Origin: Nageia nagi
Taxonomy: Eukaryota; Plantae; Pinophyta
Length of the DNA stretch: 64,000 bases
Reading direction: 5' to 3'
Assembly: GCA_050084985.1 (NCBI GenBank)
Contig: JBITNC010000002.1
Coordinates: 15,128,001 to 15,192,000, forward strand
Positions 1 to 13,812 of the stretch are shown piece by piece. Position 1 is the first letter of the stretch; every line of letters starts with the position of its first letter. The notes beneath the pieces are model-generated. The model did no database searches and was not told the origin of the DNA. It saw only the letters and a program-made list of their open reading frames with translations. The position numbers were made by a program, and so were the translations under genes.

Positions 1-187
1 AAACACATCAACTCGCTCTAGAATAACAAACGAAAATGCCAACATTCTTAAACTCTAGAGCCAAAATGCCAAATTTCTAGAACAGTAAAACCAAACCGCC
101 AACATTTTGGGATTCCCATCCCACATCTAGATCAAAGCTGAAAGGCATAAATTCAATCACAACTAAAAATGTCAGCATGTATCAAAC

Positions 188-1050
188 CATAGTTGTTAGG
201 CTCAGACTTGCTGAGGTCCCCTCGAGGCTTGGACTCGGGACTTGGAAAAAAACCACGGTTGAACTCAGAAAAAAGAAGAAATTATATATATTTTCACTGG
301 CAACATGAGTTTTTTCAATTGCATATTACTTATTATTGTTATGAGTGTCATCTAGAAGCCTAATTAATCAACATCAACATTGTACAATTTACAATATACA
401 CAATTACAAATAAGAAATGGCGAATACGAAGAAGCATATTTTGTATTCATCATAATATTAAAACTTCACAATACAAAATGTGCCTATGATGGTTGCAAAA
501 TACAAAAACCTTAGTTACGCTATTGCCAATTTTAATTTTTTATCAAACAATCATAAATTTACAAAATCCCACAGCTTATTTTTAATATTTATCAAATGAA
601 AAGTAAAAAGCAAAACCCCCAAAATAATGTTCAGAGCAAGCAAAATGGAAAACAAACCAAGCAAAAGAATGTAAAAGATAGAGAAATTATTTTATTTACT
701 TCAATTCTTCAAGTTGTTGGTGTGCTAGTGTCACTTGGTGGGTGTTAGATTCTTCCCAACTCAAAGAAAATCCATTCTAATGGAGAGATCATTTTTTGGC
801 TATAAAATGCATCTTGCCCTCTCTTTCACCTTTCTCCTAGTAGCTGCAAACTAAAAAATGGCAAATGAGGGTGCTTAAGTTTTTAAGTCACTTCTTTTTT
901 CCTAAATATGGCCATTCCGACAGTCGAGACTCGCCCAAACTTGTCAAACTCACTGAGACTTGCCAAGTCCAAGTGATCTAGATTCACAAAGGCCTACTCG
1001 AGACTCAAACTCACGATTTCTGGCAAGTTCCAATGATTCTGACTACAATG
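188..1050. mobile_element. Non-autonomous hAT-type element
   Basis: Imperfect TIRs CATAGTTGTTAG (188) / CTGACTACAATG (1039-1050); 8-bp TSD TATCAAAC/TTTCAAAC; subterminal GACTCG/GACTTG motifs at both ends; no ORF. Confidence 0.75.
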
Positions 1051-1058
1051 TTTCAAAC

Positions 1059-3250
1059 CAAAGTACAATCTCGAGAGGGGTAAAGAGAAAAATTTCATAG
1101 AAGAGCATTTAGCATTAAAATGGCACAATTTGTCAATAACTTCGATCAACAGACATTTGTAGATGAGGAAAACCATAATGATAGCTATGATACACTCCAA
1201 ATCCTTTCCCATGATTTTGATCCATATTTCAATGATAATGCACTTGATGACTTGAATAACCAATTTTCCCACTTGTTCAATGATGAAAGCAAAACAGTAT
1301 ATCCTAGCTCCCTTGATTCATCCAAAATTGAATGGTGTAATCCTTATGATGAAACTTGCAATGCTAATAATAATTGTCTTCATGAAAAATCTTGTTTAAG
1401 CAAAGGTCCTATGATGAGGATACACTTGCAAGGCTTGGATATCACAATTATCACACAAAGGTATGAATTATGTCCATCTCTCTACACAATGACACCATTC
1501 CTATGGTATACAAATCATCTACCATGAACAATACATATTATCCACTGTTGCACAACATAAGGTACATTTTCTCAAAATTCCCATTATCTTTCGTACTATT
1601 AATTTTGCATAGCTTCCACTTGCATTTTCATGGTTGGAATAGTTGCATGTTTGTATTTTTCAAACCTAGCTTAAGTACATAGCTAGCCTCTTGTTCCATG
1701 CATAGCTTGTTCAATGTTTATTGTTCTCTAGTTATCCCAATAATCGCTCAATTTCTCCCTCATCCGCACACTTGCCTTTGATTTCAGATTTTGCTCATCA
1801 TTAGGAGGAGCTCTTGAACTTTCTTTGATTTTTATCATTTGCTTCTTCTTTTCGCTGGCCAACTTTTCTCTTTGGCTTTATGATTTACATTGATTTGCTT
1901 ATTTATTCTAATGAAACCATGTTTATTGCACAATCAAAGTAACTAAGTTCAATGTTGAACAACTCATTGTAGTAATGTTTTTGGTTCGATCGTGAGACAA
2001 ATTATTCTAGGAACCCCTCACGGCCGCCAATACAGTAGATTTTTAATGTCTCCTCCATCCACCTAGTGACTATTGATGGAAAGTACAATGGTAGCCAAGG
2101 TGTAGCCAAATTACAATCAAAATTATTCACAGTCAAAACTTTAAATAGTCAAACTTTTAAGAAGCATATCTATTCTCAATCTTTAGCACCAACATGAAAC
2201 TTTCTCTAAATCTTTAGCACCATTACCAAGTTTATTCATATCTAATTTCTTCACTGACCATATCAATTTGCTTTGGATTGTTGCAACTTTTACCATCTAC
2301 CTTTATCTCATCTTCTTCCAAAAGGATATTTGCTTCTTGTACATTTTTCATCTGAACTTCCTCTTTTGTAATCCACTCTTGTTGATCTATCTTAAGGCTC
2401 ACCTAGTCACTATGGCAAATACTTGTCCTATCAAAATTCATGACTTGATCTTGATCTTGTGCATCTTCTATATCCATACATATGTTATTGTTGAATTTAT
2501 TCAAAGCATTCTATTGATCAGCATCTTGAACATCTTTATTGTTTTTTTTCCAAACATCTGCATTAATTCCCTCTTTAGGCTGAAAGTTCTTTGCTTTGAT
2601 TGGGAAGTTCTAATCAATATCTGAATTATCATCGTAGAATCACCTAGTTTTATCTATGTTTAATATTTTATCGCTATTGACAAATCCCCCATGACCATTC
2701 AAAATAGGAAACCATGCTCTCCCAATTATCTTTGAGCTTCATCTTCAACATAGGCTTTCACAAGCAAAAGAAAGAAAAAAATGACAATCAACACCATTTG
2801 CTTTACTCAAAATGAACATGCTCATCCAACCTCTCACTTTTCCTTTTCAAGATTTAGTGCAAGGACAAGACTCCAACCATGTCGTGATAGGTTTGAATAT
2901 TTCATGTTTTTTTGAATTTGCTTTTCTATTTTTGCATAATATGTGTTTGCAAGATCTTCACAAGGGCAAAGGTGTAGGATTTCATCAAAATTTTGTATCT
3001 TTTATCTTCTAGGCATGTGGTACTGGTCTTGAGTGCTTTTTCAACCACATCACAAAAAAAGAAAAATTGTAGACACTTAATTGCATTTTAGCTATTTTAA
3101 AATAATTTTATATAAATGTTTTATTTGATTTATGTAAAATGTCAAATTGGATCATGACCAATTTAAGTTAATTCTTTATGGCAATTTTTGTAAGTGGGTA
3201 AACAAAGGTGAACTCATATTCAAATTTTAAAATCACTTACGAAGCACTTC
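1059..3250 (+). mobile_element. Decayed Tat/Ogre-like LTR retrotransposon 3' region and LTR start
   Basis: 2640-2990 is similar to 41815-42180, which follows a Tat-type integrase tail. Both are followed by TGTAGA...CATTTTAGCTATTT (3068 and 42218). Confidence 0.5.
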
Positions 3251-3549
3251 CATCATCATCATGATTTATCATAAGAAGAAAGTACTAATGCAATATGATC
3301 TTCCATTGTTGTGCCAAATATCATCAAAATCATCCAAGTGGTTGATGGAGCAAAGCATGGGCTGAAATGAGCATCCAAGCTAGAACCACTAACATTTCAG
3401 CACCCACAACTAGAACACCCAACACTCTAGCACTACAAACCTAGAATATGGATGTGTTGGTCCCAAGAATCGACAACCGCAATGGTTGAACCCAAATTGT
3501 TCGAAAATGTCTATATCTCAATTCTAGCATCATCCCCAGAAGAGATATC

Positions 3550-3620
3550 TTCAAAATTATCATTTTCAAGATTATCATCTTCAAGATTATCATTTTCAGA
3601 ATTATTTTTACAATTATCCA
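3550..3620. repeat. 15-bp tandem repeat (AGATTATCATTTTCA-like), about 4-5 copies
   Basis: Visible in sequence; produces the KMIIL repeat in ORF 3441-3692. Confidence 0.75.
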
Positions 3621-3789
3621 AATTGGTGGCAGCCAGGGTTTACCCTCCAAAAACACGAGATGATCACCACCAGGCTTCCAATCCTCCATCATCTAGATAA
3701 ATTCTTTTTATCTCCTATTGCCAATTTGCATCACTAGATCCTATAACTATTTACCAATTAACCTATTTTCATTCTGTAAACATAATAAA

Positions 3790-4554
3790 TGTGCATGTTT
3801 TAATACATTGTTAATATTTTTGTATCTACACAAATCAAGAGTAGAAAGACATTTTGGTGTCCAAAAGACAATGGTACACTTTTAAGCACTGGAAATACCA
3901 GCCAAACATGTTAAATGATGTTGCAAAGTGCACAAGAAGATGCAAAACCTGCAACATTACCAAGACAAGTCACCTTGAGTTGAGCTTGTAGTCCACTGAA
4001 TCAGTTCAGGTTACCCTTCAAACAGCATTTCCATTGATCTCATTGGTGGGTTGTTGACCATCAAGATGGGAAATGACTTACTCACTAGTGACTGTCATTT
4101 GATTCAGCAAAAAAAGAGTCTTTATGCCTTGCAACTAAACAACATTAGCAGAAGAGATAGCCAGTTTGGTTTACCAAGGAGCATTGTTCCGCAAATGATT
4201 GAGAAACAAAGATAGTCAATTGCACACCTGTTCACTTGCTAGGAGGATAGTTAGAGCTTGCTTCAGGCACAATAGAGCAATTACAAGATGTGGGATGAGA
4301 TCTTAACCTATATGTAAGACTGCTATACTAGGGCAATGAACAGTTCCTCTTCATTAGACCCTTTGAGGTATGTTATAGGTTCTTCTGACATTTGTCAATT
4401 AACGAGTATTTGAGGAGTCCACGGAAAGGGGCAGGATCAGCTTAGTTAATGAAATCAAAGCCCTCAAGTTCATCCAAAGGTTTCAACTGATTCCCACCGG
4501 AACAAAGATAGGATAAAAGGGGTTCAACAACAATGAGATGAAAGGCATGATCAG
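3790..4554 (+). pseudogene. Ty3/gypsy integrase relic, continued at 8463-8510 after an insertion
   Basis: HFGVQKT...RCKTC (HHCC remnant), then RHDQ at 4543-4554 joining HQKASKFHV at 8476+, comparable to RHDRHRVDHKFQVGD in the element at 62.5 kb. Confidence 0.7.
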
Positions 4555-4682
4555 TAACCCAAAAATTTTAGGATGAGATGTAGCTTTGAGAGCTCTCGCC
4601 TATGTGAGGAGCACTACTCGTGCAAGTAAGAAAAAACCCTAAAGTTAGGGTTTCAACGGTATTGAGGATGCAACTTGATATT

Positions 4683-5954
4683 TGTAAAGGTCCAAACACA
4701 ACCTCAAGCAATAATCAGTAAATTCAAACCTTAAACCCTGACGTCAAGCGTCGGGCATCAATTACAAGTTTACACAACACAATAATGGCAACGTCTAAGC
4801 TAGGGCATCAATGTGAAACATGTACAATACTAAGATGCCAAAGTCTAGCCTATACAAGCAGATATCAAAGTAAACAAGCTCACAATGCCAACATCTAGCT
4901 TACACATGCATAAGGAAGCATTCACACCACAACGTTGCATACATGGACACAATGACAATATATTATGAGATCGAGACGCCCAATGACAGTATATAAAATG
5001 TACAATGCTTAACAATAGAATACCAAGCCCAGAAAGACTGACGTTGGCCTTCAAGTAGCCAACTAGGGCACAATACAGATATCCTCTCTACTCGAATGAT
5101 ACCGAAACCATGGGACAATACGCTCCCTCAAAATATGAATCCTCTCCACTAAAGGAGCCCTCCTCAAACCCTGGCCAACCACTAAAGGTAGAAGCAATAC
5201 CGCGGAATACCATCGAGTGGGCAAGGGCGCTGCGTTAATGCCGTAGACAATCAGGATCCCTCAACCTGAATGCCCTCCTAGATGCTGCACCTAGGCGATT
5301 GCTTAGCACCGCTAAGTCTTGTTGTCCTCTAAATGATATGAAGAGTAATAATAATCAAGTATATCCAATAATGACGCTCCGATGTCTCTTTATACAGTTG
5401 CTCTATCCAAATCTCACCTAGGTGTCATCACCTGGCTCCTTTAATCCAACGTTGGCCCTCTAGGGGCCAGAATACCCAACGTGGGGGGCGGGCCTAAAGT
5501 GCCATTAATGCCAATGTGGGGGGCTTGAAGTGCCATTAATGCCAACGTGGGGGGCTTGAAGTGCCATTAATGCCATGTGGCAGTTTAGGAATGCCACACA
5601 TGCGCACGTGGGTCAAGGAGTCATGCATGGGGTCTAGTTGTCATGCTGGGCCAACGTGGGGTCTAGGAGCCTCCCCAAGGCTGGCGCATGCATATAAGTG
5701 CTCATCCATCCATCTACGTATAAAATAGACCTTGGGATTCCCATAATCAAGATCAAGATCTCCAAGTACAATAATAGTACCTAATCTAAGCTTGGGAGGG
5801 AGATGTCCCAATTAGGGCTCTCAATGGGGTCCTTGACCCATTAAGTCTTATATCCCAAGCAATAACCTAAAAAACAATACAATAATAAAATATATTACAA
5901 AGAGGAATCCATTGAATTCCATGATTATTTCCAATAATACAAGGGGGCATCACA
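4683..5954 (-). mobile_element. Solo LTR, 1272 bp
   Basis: Ends TGTAAAGG...GGGGCATCACA; perfect 5-bp TSD ATATT (4678-4682 / 5955-5959); inverted homolog at 27315-28500; internal CCAACGTGGGGG repeats. Confidence 0.85.
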
Positions 5955-6880
5955 ATATTCTTGAAGGTGGATTCGTGAGGGCGAAGGAGATTCAAGGCTT
6001 CGGTTTTGTTTGTGGCCTGTTTGATGAGTGTTTGTTCAAAGACGATGTTTGCTGCACTTCGTCATCCTTTGTGGCAGTGTCTTGGAGGGGATCGGTAGCT
6101 TGAAGCAAAGTTACTAATCGTCGAGGGGATGCAGAGAGTCTCCTACCGTTCCCACATCGTTTGGAGGTTGAGGTAGGAGGTTTTGTGTGCTCCTTCAGAG
6201 TGAGCAGGATATCTTTCGAAGGAGGCAAAGGTGCCTCTCGATTCTGTCCCTAGTCAATGGCATGAGGTCTTGCTAAGTGAAAAGGAACCCTTCTTAAACT
6301 CAACTGTTTAGGACAGTTGGATGTGCTTGAAGCAATGGTTTTGAGTTCTATAGTGGGTCTTCTATGCCCAAATCTTGATTGGATCCGATAGCACATATTG
6401 GGTAGAGAGGGAAGTTGTTTTTCTACAAGGAAGCTTCAAGGCTATGGTTTTCTCTGTCTGGATGTTGTTGGTCATTGAAGATGTCCCTAAATAGTTTCGA
6501 AAAGGAGGGTTTTGAGGTGTTATCTTGAGAAGGGGCACGATAGAGGTCTAATGAGCCGTATTCCCTAATGATCCTAGCAAAGGGGTGTTTTGGTGAAGGG
6601 CTATGACAAACAAGAGATTGCAATTTTGGTTTTCACTTGAGTTATAAGGCAGTTGCAGATGTGTGGGCTACACAACTAGGATACAAGGACTTGAGTATCC
6701 ACACAAGGGAATGTTTGTTGACCGGCAGTGCATAGTTTGGGGTTTTGAAACACTGAACGAGGGAAACCGAAACAAAGTCTAGGGTGAAACCTAACCTAGG
6801 GAAACCATTTACCGTTGATCCAATAGATCTTCGATGGTGCTTGGAATGAAGAACAACATTTTGGGCTTGTTATGGCAAAC

Positions 6881-8066
6881 TATGATGACCTAAAATCACC
6901 TTCAGCAAAAAAGAGTACAACTATGATGCTCAACCCCTCAACAAAAGATGGCAACACACCCACGTTGGGCCCCTAGGGCACCCAAACTCCTCATAATGCA
7001 AACGCGAGCCTCCCAAGGCCTCCACGCAACCCCTACACCATGACGTCAACCCTCTAGGGCACACACCAACACTTGGCACCTCAACGATGCCTCACAGATG
7101 AATATAGAATGCTTGAACACCCACGAATGGAATAAAGCTTCCAACACCAGTATATAAGAGACACACACATACAAAACACAATGGAGAGAGACACAAGCTG
7201 TATTTTATTATGGAATGGTATGGAGTGTAATGAGGATCTCAATATCCAGATCTAGGGTTCCAAACCCTCTGCTAGCCGAACAACGCAGGAAAGACTCACT
7301 CCCCCAAACTCTAAATCCTATCTTGCAAAGGAGCCTCCTCAAACCCTAGCGACCACTAAAGGTAGAAGCTCGCCCTCGAAATACCACCGAATGGACTAGG
7401 TTGACCCACCTAAGTCGTAGAATGCCAAGCTCCCAACCCTGTCACTCCTCTAGACGCCGTCTAGAAATAATGCTCAGCACCGCCAAGACTTGCTTACCCG
7501 ATCGGGATCTGTATAGAAGAAGTATAATCAATAGCTAATCTCATCATGGAGCTCCATCCTCAATATATAGCCTCACGTGTCTATCCATCATGCCTCATTA
7601 TCATCCAAAGCCAAGTATTCCAACGTTGGGGTCAACAGGTCAACCATGCCAACGTGGGGGTCATATTGGCCCAGTATGCTAATGTGGGGGTCCCATGGGC
7701 CCAGTGTGCCAACGTGGGGGCCATAAAGGCCCCCAAGGCTTACATGGGGTCTAATGAGCCTCCTTGAGCTAACGTGGGGGTCTAAGTGGCCTCATAAGCC
7801 AATGTGGGGTATATGGGGCCCTCCCAACACTGGTATGCTCCTTTATGCACCTCTAGACTATACAAGACTCATGCCTATCTAGGGATTCCCACAATCCAGG
7901 ATAACCTCTAGACTACTCAAGGGGAGATGTCCCAATGGGCTCACAATGGGGTCCGCAGACCATAAGCTCCTACTTCAGTTACGCATGTACAACATAATCA
8001 TAAACAAACACTAGATTACAAAGTGACCATGACACATTTTGTCAATGGGCCAAATGGGATGTCACA
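6881..8066 (-). mobile_element. Solo LTR, 1186 bp, related to 4683-5954
   Basis: Ends TATGATG (likely mutated TG)...GGGATGTCACA; TSD CAAAC (6876-6880 / 8067-8071); shares CTCAAACCCT..ACCACTAAAGGTAGAAGC and CCAACGTGGGG blocks with 4683-5954. Confidence 0.8.
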
Positions 8067-9307
8067 CAAACCTAGAGCATGGATTTTCTTAGAGTGTTCT
8101 CTTGGCGTTACGGTTTTTCCTTTGTGATGTCTTTGTTGTTTCAAGACCCTTGTTGTTTCCTTTGGTCATTACACAAGATCATTTTAGCTTTCAAATTGAC
8201 ATATGAGGGATTAGAGATTGTTTTAGTTTCCGTTGCAATTGATTGGATTCTTTGAATTCCATGTTTCATTTGTGGGGATCCTTATTTTGAAGGAATATCT
8301 AATAGGGGACAACAATATTTTGAACATTTTATGTTGCTGGTCGCTGGTTTACTCTAAGCTTCAAGGATATCTTTGATAAAAAAAATGTAAAGGTTATGAT
8401 TCCTTTCAAAAATCTCTGGGTTAGGATTCATTTAAAAATCCATCCTCCAATATAATTAAAAGAAGGCATGATCAGCATCAGAAAGCTAGCAAGTTCCATG
8501 TTCGATACTTGATGTAATTGTACCGGGAACATAAGTGTGCAGGATGCAGATAAGAAGAAGCCCATAAGTTATAGTTCCTTCAAGATCACAAACCAGCATG
8601 GAACTAATGCCTTCAATGAAGACCTGCCTGCCTACATGAAAATGCACTCAACAGTTAATATGTTGTTTGAAGTTATATTAATCTCTAGAAATGATTACAT
8701 TAAATCAACCATGACTTGAATGCAAATCTAATCATAATAATAACAGAAAGGGTAAAAAATAGGATAAAAGAAATCCTTGAATCTTGCAGTAACTAAAAAC
8801 TAAACACAAAACAGTGTAATCACAAGAGTGGCTAAAACCAAGGTGGTTATGCCCTAGAATATAGTCCAAGCACAACTAGCCATGTAAGGGAACGATCCCT
8901 TAACGAAATGAGGAATTGTTAAAAAAGAAATCTGAAGACCAAAGACAAGAAACCAGCACTATCACATGTCTACATGGAAGTATCTATTTGGGTAAACCCT
9001 AGTTTTTACGCAGAATATTATAAATTTGAAATACATTGAAAAACAAAAGTTTTTTCATTTTTTCTCAAATCACTTAAATTGTTCAAATGTTCTTTGTGCC
9101 CTTTGTTTGTACAATCACAAGGAACAAAATAGAAAAATGCCCATTTCCATATTCTCTTCCCTAACATGTTTAGTAGTGTAAGTGAGGAGTAAGGTGAACA
9201 GAATTGCAAGCAGGAAGGCAGTCTGTAAGTAATTATAGGAGCATTTCGCATTAGTAAAATAATCTGAAAGAAAATGGTGATGCATAGCAAATGATGTACT
9301 CACAAAC

Positions 9308-9501
9308 CTCACTATCAAGGTCATCTAAAACAGATTCGCCATCAAGCTCTCCGTGCATTCCTTCCTTTCTACATGTAAGCCATGTAGAAGTCACCTTCTC
9401 CACATCATCTTTGTATACCCTTACAGAAACAGCTTTGTAGATGGGACCTACTGGTGCTAATCCTCCCGAGACTGCAGGGCTAAAGTGGATTCTTGCAGAG
9501 T
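9308..9501 (-). CDS. F-box/FIST protein exon 8 (last exon identified in the window)
   Basis: tttggtgcAG|...GAG|GTttgt. 194 nt, (D)SARIHFSPAVSGGLAPVGPIYKAVSVR...TWLTCRKEGMHGELDGESVLDDLDSE. No stop reached, so the gene continues. Confidence 0.9.
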
Positions 9502-10689
9502 CTGCACCAAACAAATCAATTCTATTCAAAAAAAGATAATAGACGCAAGTTATTTCCAAATTCAATGACTTTAAATTAATAACATCAAGTGAACAATTGA
9601 GATGGCACGATTCTCCTTGTTAGCAATACTAGTTCAAAAGATGCTTTTCCTGAAGAATATCTCAGGTAACTCCCCCTATAAAGGGTGATCACCAACGAAA
9701 TAAAATCATTAACCGGGAGTCTAAATTTATGAAAGAGACAAAGAGACAACACCACAAAGATTAACAAGCAATGGTATCAGGTTTAACAACCTTGATGGAG
9801 AAACTCATATGTCAATACACCTAATAACTCGGAAAACATAATATACTTATCCAGAGACATCATCTTGCAGGTCCTTTCTCACACAGTTCCAATGAAATTT
9901 ACAAGTTCTAAAGTTACACAATGCCAATGTACAATCTCAATGTTCTCCCTGCTTAGTGACTAGAAATTCTAGTCTTAATTTCATATATTCAAGCACATCA
10001 TTTTGAAAGGGAAAAATATCTCCCAAGGCAATCAGGAAAGACAGGCAGACCACCACTCAAATGAAAATTTATGGAATTGGCACCCAAAACATAAATACTA
10101 GAGTAATGATAAAAAATTCTCATGCAATTCTATTAGTAACGAAGACACAATATCTATTTATTTACACCCTTCAATTTCAAAGCATTTAGAGCACATAAAA
10201 ATCCTAATCCCAAATGTCAATTTTTTTCTGCCCTTGATAATTGTTTCTTCCTGTTTTTTGTCCATTATATAGATTCCTAGTACATTTCAGTTACAAACTT
10301 CCAGTTCAGTACAGATAGAAACTGTACAGCTTTAATATTTTGCTGTGTCTCGGAAGCTATAGAGTTATCTATTTGTGGAGATGGCGTAGTTAAAGACTGT
10401 ATCAGTACACATTTCGGATATATTCAGCAAATCAGTAAACAGAAACGGTTACATGCATGTTCTGTGTGGCACATAGCATCAGACATATTCTCATTCAGGA
10501 AAAAGAATATAAAGAGATGAATGACCCAGAACACAGGGATTCTCATGAAGATTCCAGAAATGGCCCAAATTTTGAACCAGGCTGTGTCCCACCATGGCAG
10601 CAATACTCCCCAGAGAACTTTCTAAAAAATTCACGAAAAATCAATTAAACAGCAAAATAACAAACTAAACCATTGATTTGCTTCAACAA

Positions 10690-11490
10690 AACATTCCTGA
10701 GATAATAACTAAGGAAATCAGCAATTATCTTTGCCATGCAATCATTTTGGAAAACATTAACGATATTGGCTTCACCTCTACAAAGGATAAAGCTCCTGGC
10801 CTGGATGGTTTCGCTAATACCTTCTACCACCAATTCTTTCATCTAGTACCAATGGATCTCCTTCAGATGATTGAGGACGTTCAAAAAAAGATAATTTGAT
10901 TAGTAGTACTAAGTCTACTTTTCTTGTTTTGATTCAACCAATTTAGGCCTCTTTCTTTGTGTAACTCTTCATATAAATTTATGACCAAAATCATAGCAAT
11001 CAAAATCAAAAAGCATTTGGACAAACACATCATTGATGAACAAGGAGGTTTCATCCCTAGCAAACAACTCTATGACAACATTGTGATTGTCCATGACATC
11101 ATACACACCAGCAGTAAAGAACAAAAAAAAAAGGATTATGGTTAAGCTTGACTTTTTGACTCAAGTCCTTAGTTCTTTTGGAATTCCTTTTTCATTTTCC
11201 AAGTGGATTTTTGGTTGCATCAGAGACTCTTAGATTGCTCCTCTTGTCAACAGTTCTCTAACAAGATTCTTCATATCTTCTAGAGATTTGCATCAAGGTT
11301 GTCCCTTATTTACTTATCTTTATATTATTTTAGTTGATGCTCGACATAGATCTATCCCTATTGAAAGGAGGGCTGAAAAATAATTGGAGTTAAGTTCACT
11401 GTTGAAGTAAAGGAGATTACTCCTACCCAATTTGTTGATGATAATAATAATGGGCGAGGCCTCCAAATCAAATGTCAAAAAGTTTACGAG
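10690..11490 (+). pseudogene. L1-clade LINE reverse transcriptase relic
   Basis: KAPGLDGF, FRPLSLCNSSYKFMTK, EQGGFIPSKQLYDNIVIVHDIIH, QGCPL; frameshifted. Confidence 0.85.
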
Positions 11491-11494
11491 CAAT

Positions 11495-13410
11495 TGTTGC
11501 ACCATCATGATTGGTCACACCATGGTCAAGCTTTTTGCCACCATCCTTGAGGATTATGTTTCACATGTAGATGATAGAGGTTTTTGAGCATGAGCTCAAG
11601 CTGGTCTTCATAGAGACTATCACACAACTGACCACATCGTCACACTTTGAGCAATCATTGAAGAGGCTAAGTTCCAAAAGGCTATCATGTTTTGTTGCTT
11701 TATGGATTTCAGGAAAGCCTTAGAAATAGTTCCATGACATCGACTCATGGATAGATTACGATGATTGGAGGTTCTTGAGATTGGCCTAACATCCATCATG
11801 ACTCTCTATGAGATCGTGTATAGGCGGGTTCGAACTTCAAAGGGTTTTTCAAACAATATTCTCAGTATTATTGGGGTGAAGTAGGGCTTCCCACTCTCCT
11901 TGAATCTCTTTGGACTCTACATTGATGAGTTGGAGTCCCCCTTACTAGAGACTACTTAGGCCAAGAAAGGTTGCCTCCTCCATGGTAGTCGAGTTCCCAT
12001 CCTTCTATTTGCTGATGACATTGTACTACTCTCACACGGAACAAACGACCTACAGTATTTGGTGAATGCCTTGGACTCATTCAATGACAAGAAAGAGTTA
12101 GTGGTTAACCTTCGCAAAACTAACCTCTTGGCCTTCAATATCTCCAAGGCCACCGCTGCTCAAACTCGTATCACCTACCGAGATAGGGTTATTGAGACCA
12201 CCAACTCCTACATTTAAGAGTTATTTTATTTGGGGCTAGATTCTCGAAGAGATCTACAATCCTACCTAGGGTTCATAGAGGATAAGCGATGGTCTCCACC
12301 TTACAAAGGCAATTTGTTCAACTTCACGTCCAAGACATTACATCCAAACTCCAATTATTCCATACCCTAGTCACTCCCACATCAGGGGTCCTACCCTAAG
12401 GGCCTCATATTAGACTACAATACAGAACATATTGGTCAACATGTTATCCTACTCCATCCGAAGCAAAAGGAATGTTCCACACCACATCATGTGTGGGCTC
12501 CACTGTCTACATGATCTTGCAACTCTTGGAGAGGATGTTGAGCAACTCCCTCCCACAACCTTAGCTTCATCTATAGATCTAGTTGCATGAGGTTTTCACT
12601 AGTGTTGATTTGTTGAGGTCATCAATGCACTATAGCACTTAATCTTTTCCCTAGACCAATCCCATGAAGTCACTAATGTCAATCCACAAGATGATATCCA
12701 AACCACTGGAGTTGCTCTCCAATGTCCCCTCACGCCCAAGTTGTTACACTACTCTTAGTACTTTCTTTAGATAAAAAGTGGTTTGATTCTCCCTTGGACT
12801 ATCTCAACATACACCTTACACCTAGCTTGAGGATACTTCTTGGCCAGTTTTGGAATTGCTCACACCAATTGCAAATCAAGACGAACCATCATTTAGCCTG
12901 CAATCTTCGAGTTTGTCACCAATGCTCACTATAGATTGAGTTAGAGGATCATTTTGTCCTCCGTTGCCCTATTTATTACAAGATTTAGAGATGATACCAT
13001 TAGCTCTTATGAGATTCCAACAACTCGGTTTCTACCTTCTTCTATTACTCGGATTAACATTGTGTGGCACTCTTCCTCCATGAGGCTTTCCTTCTCTATA
13101 AGTATCTCCTATTGACAAGGTCCACCTTATTATATCCTTTTTAGCCTCCTTAGATGAGAAGGCTATGAGACAACCCTCCACTTCTTGCTTAGTGTACCAA
13201 GTAGCGCTTATGTGATGCTCAAATTCCTTCAAGAGCTTGTTAAATCACGTCCTCCTTCAGCACTAGCAAAGCCAACATGAGCACAAGCCTCGAAGACCAA
13301 GGCGATTCCACCCCTACTGCGTAGTTGAGATTATCTTTGGACTACATTGTATTTCTCTTTGGATATATCTCCAATCCACGTATTTTCTTTGCAAATAAAA
13401 CATCACCATC
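11495..13410 (+). pseudogene. LINE (probably RTE clade) RT relic with 3' end
   Basis: IMIGHTMVKLF, QAG...DHIVTL, FMDFRKA, GVK*GFPLS, LLFADDIVLL; ends AAATAAAACATCACCATC. Confidence 0.8.
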
Positions 13411-13812
13411 TAATGCCAACTTGAATGTATTCATACCATGTACCATAGAGAATGGCGCTTATCCTCTTAGTGGGGAATGACATCATCATGATGTCATGGT
13501 CCCTTCATCCTTCCAAAAAGCCACGCTTCAAGAGTGGTGATAATAAGACAAAATATGATGACATCATGCTTGCATCATCTTCCACTAATTTTAAATTTAT
13601 AAAATGCCTTTTTCCTTTTATTTAAATTGGTGGGTGGAATGTTGATGTGTCCCCTTGACTGTTGACTAGGCTACTGATGTGGCTATTGACAGTACACTAT
13701 TGATTGGATATGTGACCCACAAATAAAAATATTTATTTTTCTCCAAAACTTCAAATGGTCATAACTTACAAACCATAGCTCTGTTTTCTTCACCATTCGA
13801 AGCATTGGAACC

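Larger units (their letters stand above)
4555..8462. mobile_element. Insertion with 13-bp TSD (probable non-LTR retroposon, about 1.44 kb without its two nested LTRs)
   Basis: AAGGCATGATCAG at 4542-4554 and 8463-8475; removing the insert restores the integrase motif. No TIRs; A-rich right end. Confidence 0.7.

Noticed and set aside
1120-1527. 135-aa ORF as a host gene
   Set aside because: No motif or splice context; embedded in repeat-derived sequence.
8524-8631. Possible exon 9 or poison exon (tandem TAG/CAG/CAG acceptors, GT donor, minus strand)
   Set aside because: One acceptor gives an open frame (VFIEGISS...), but it does not resemble the expected FIST-C sequence; unsupported without RNA-seq.
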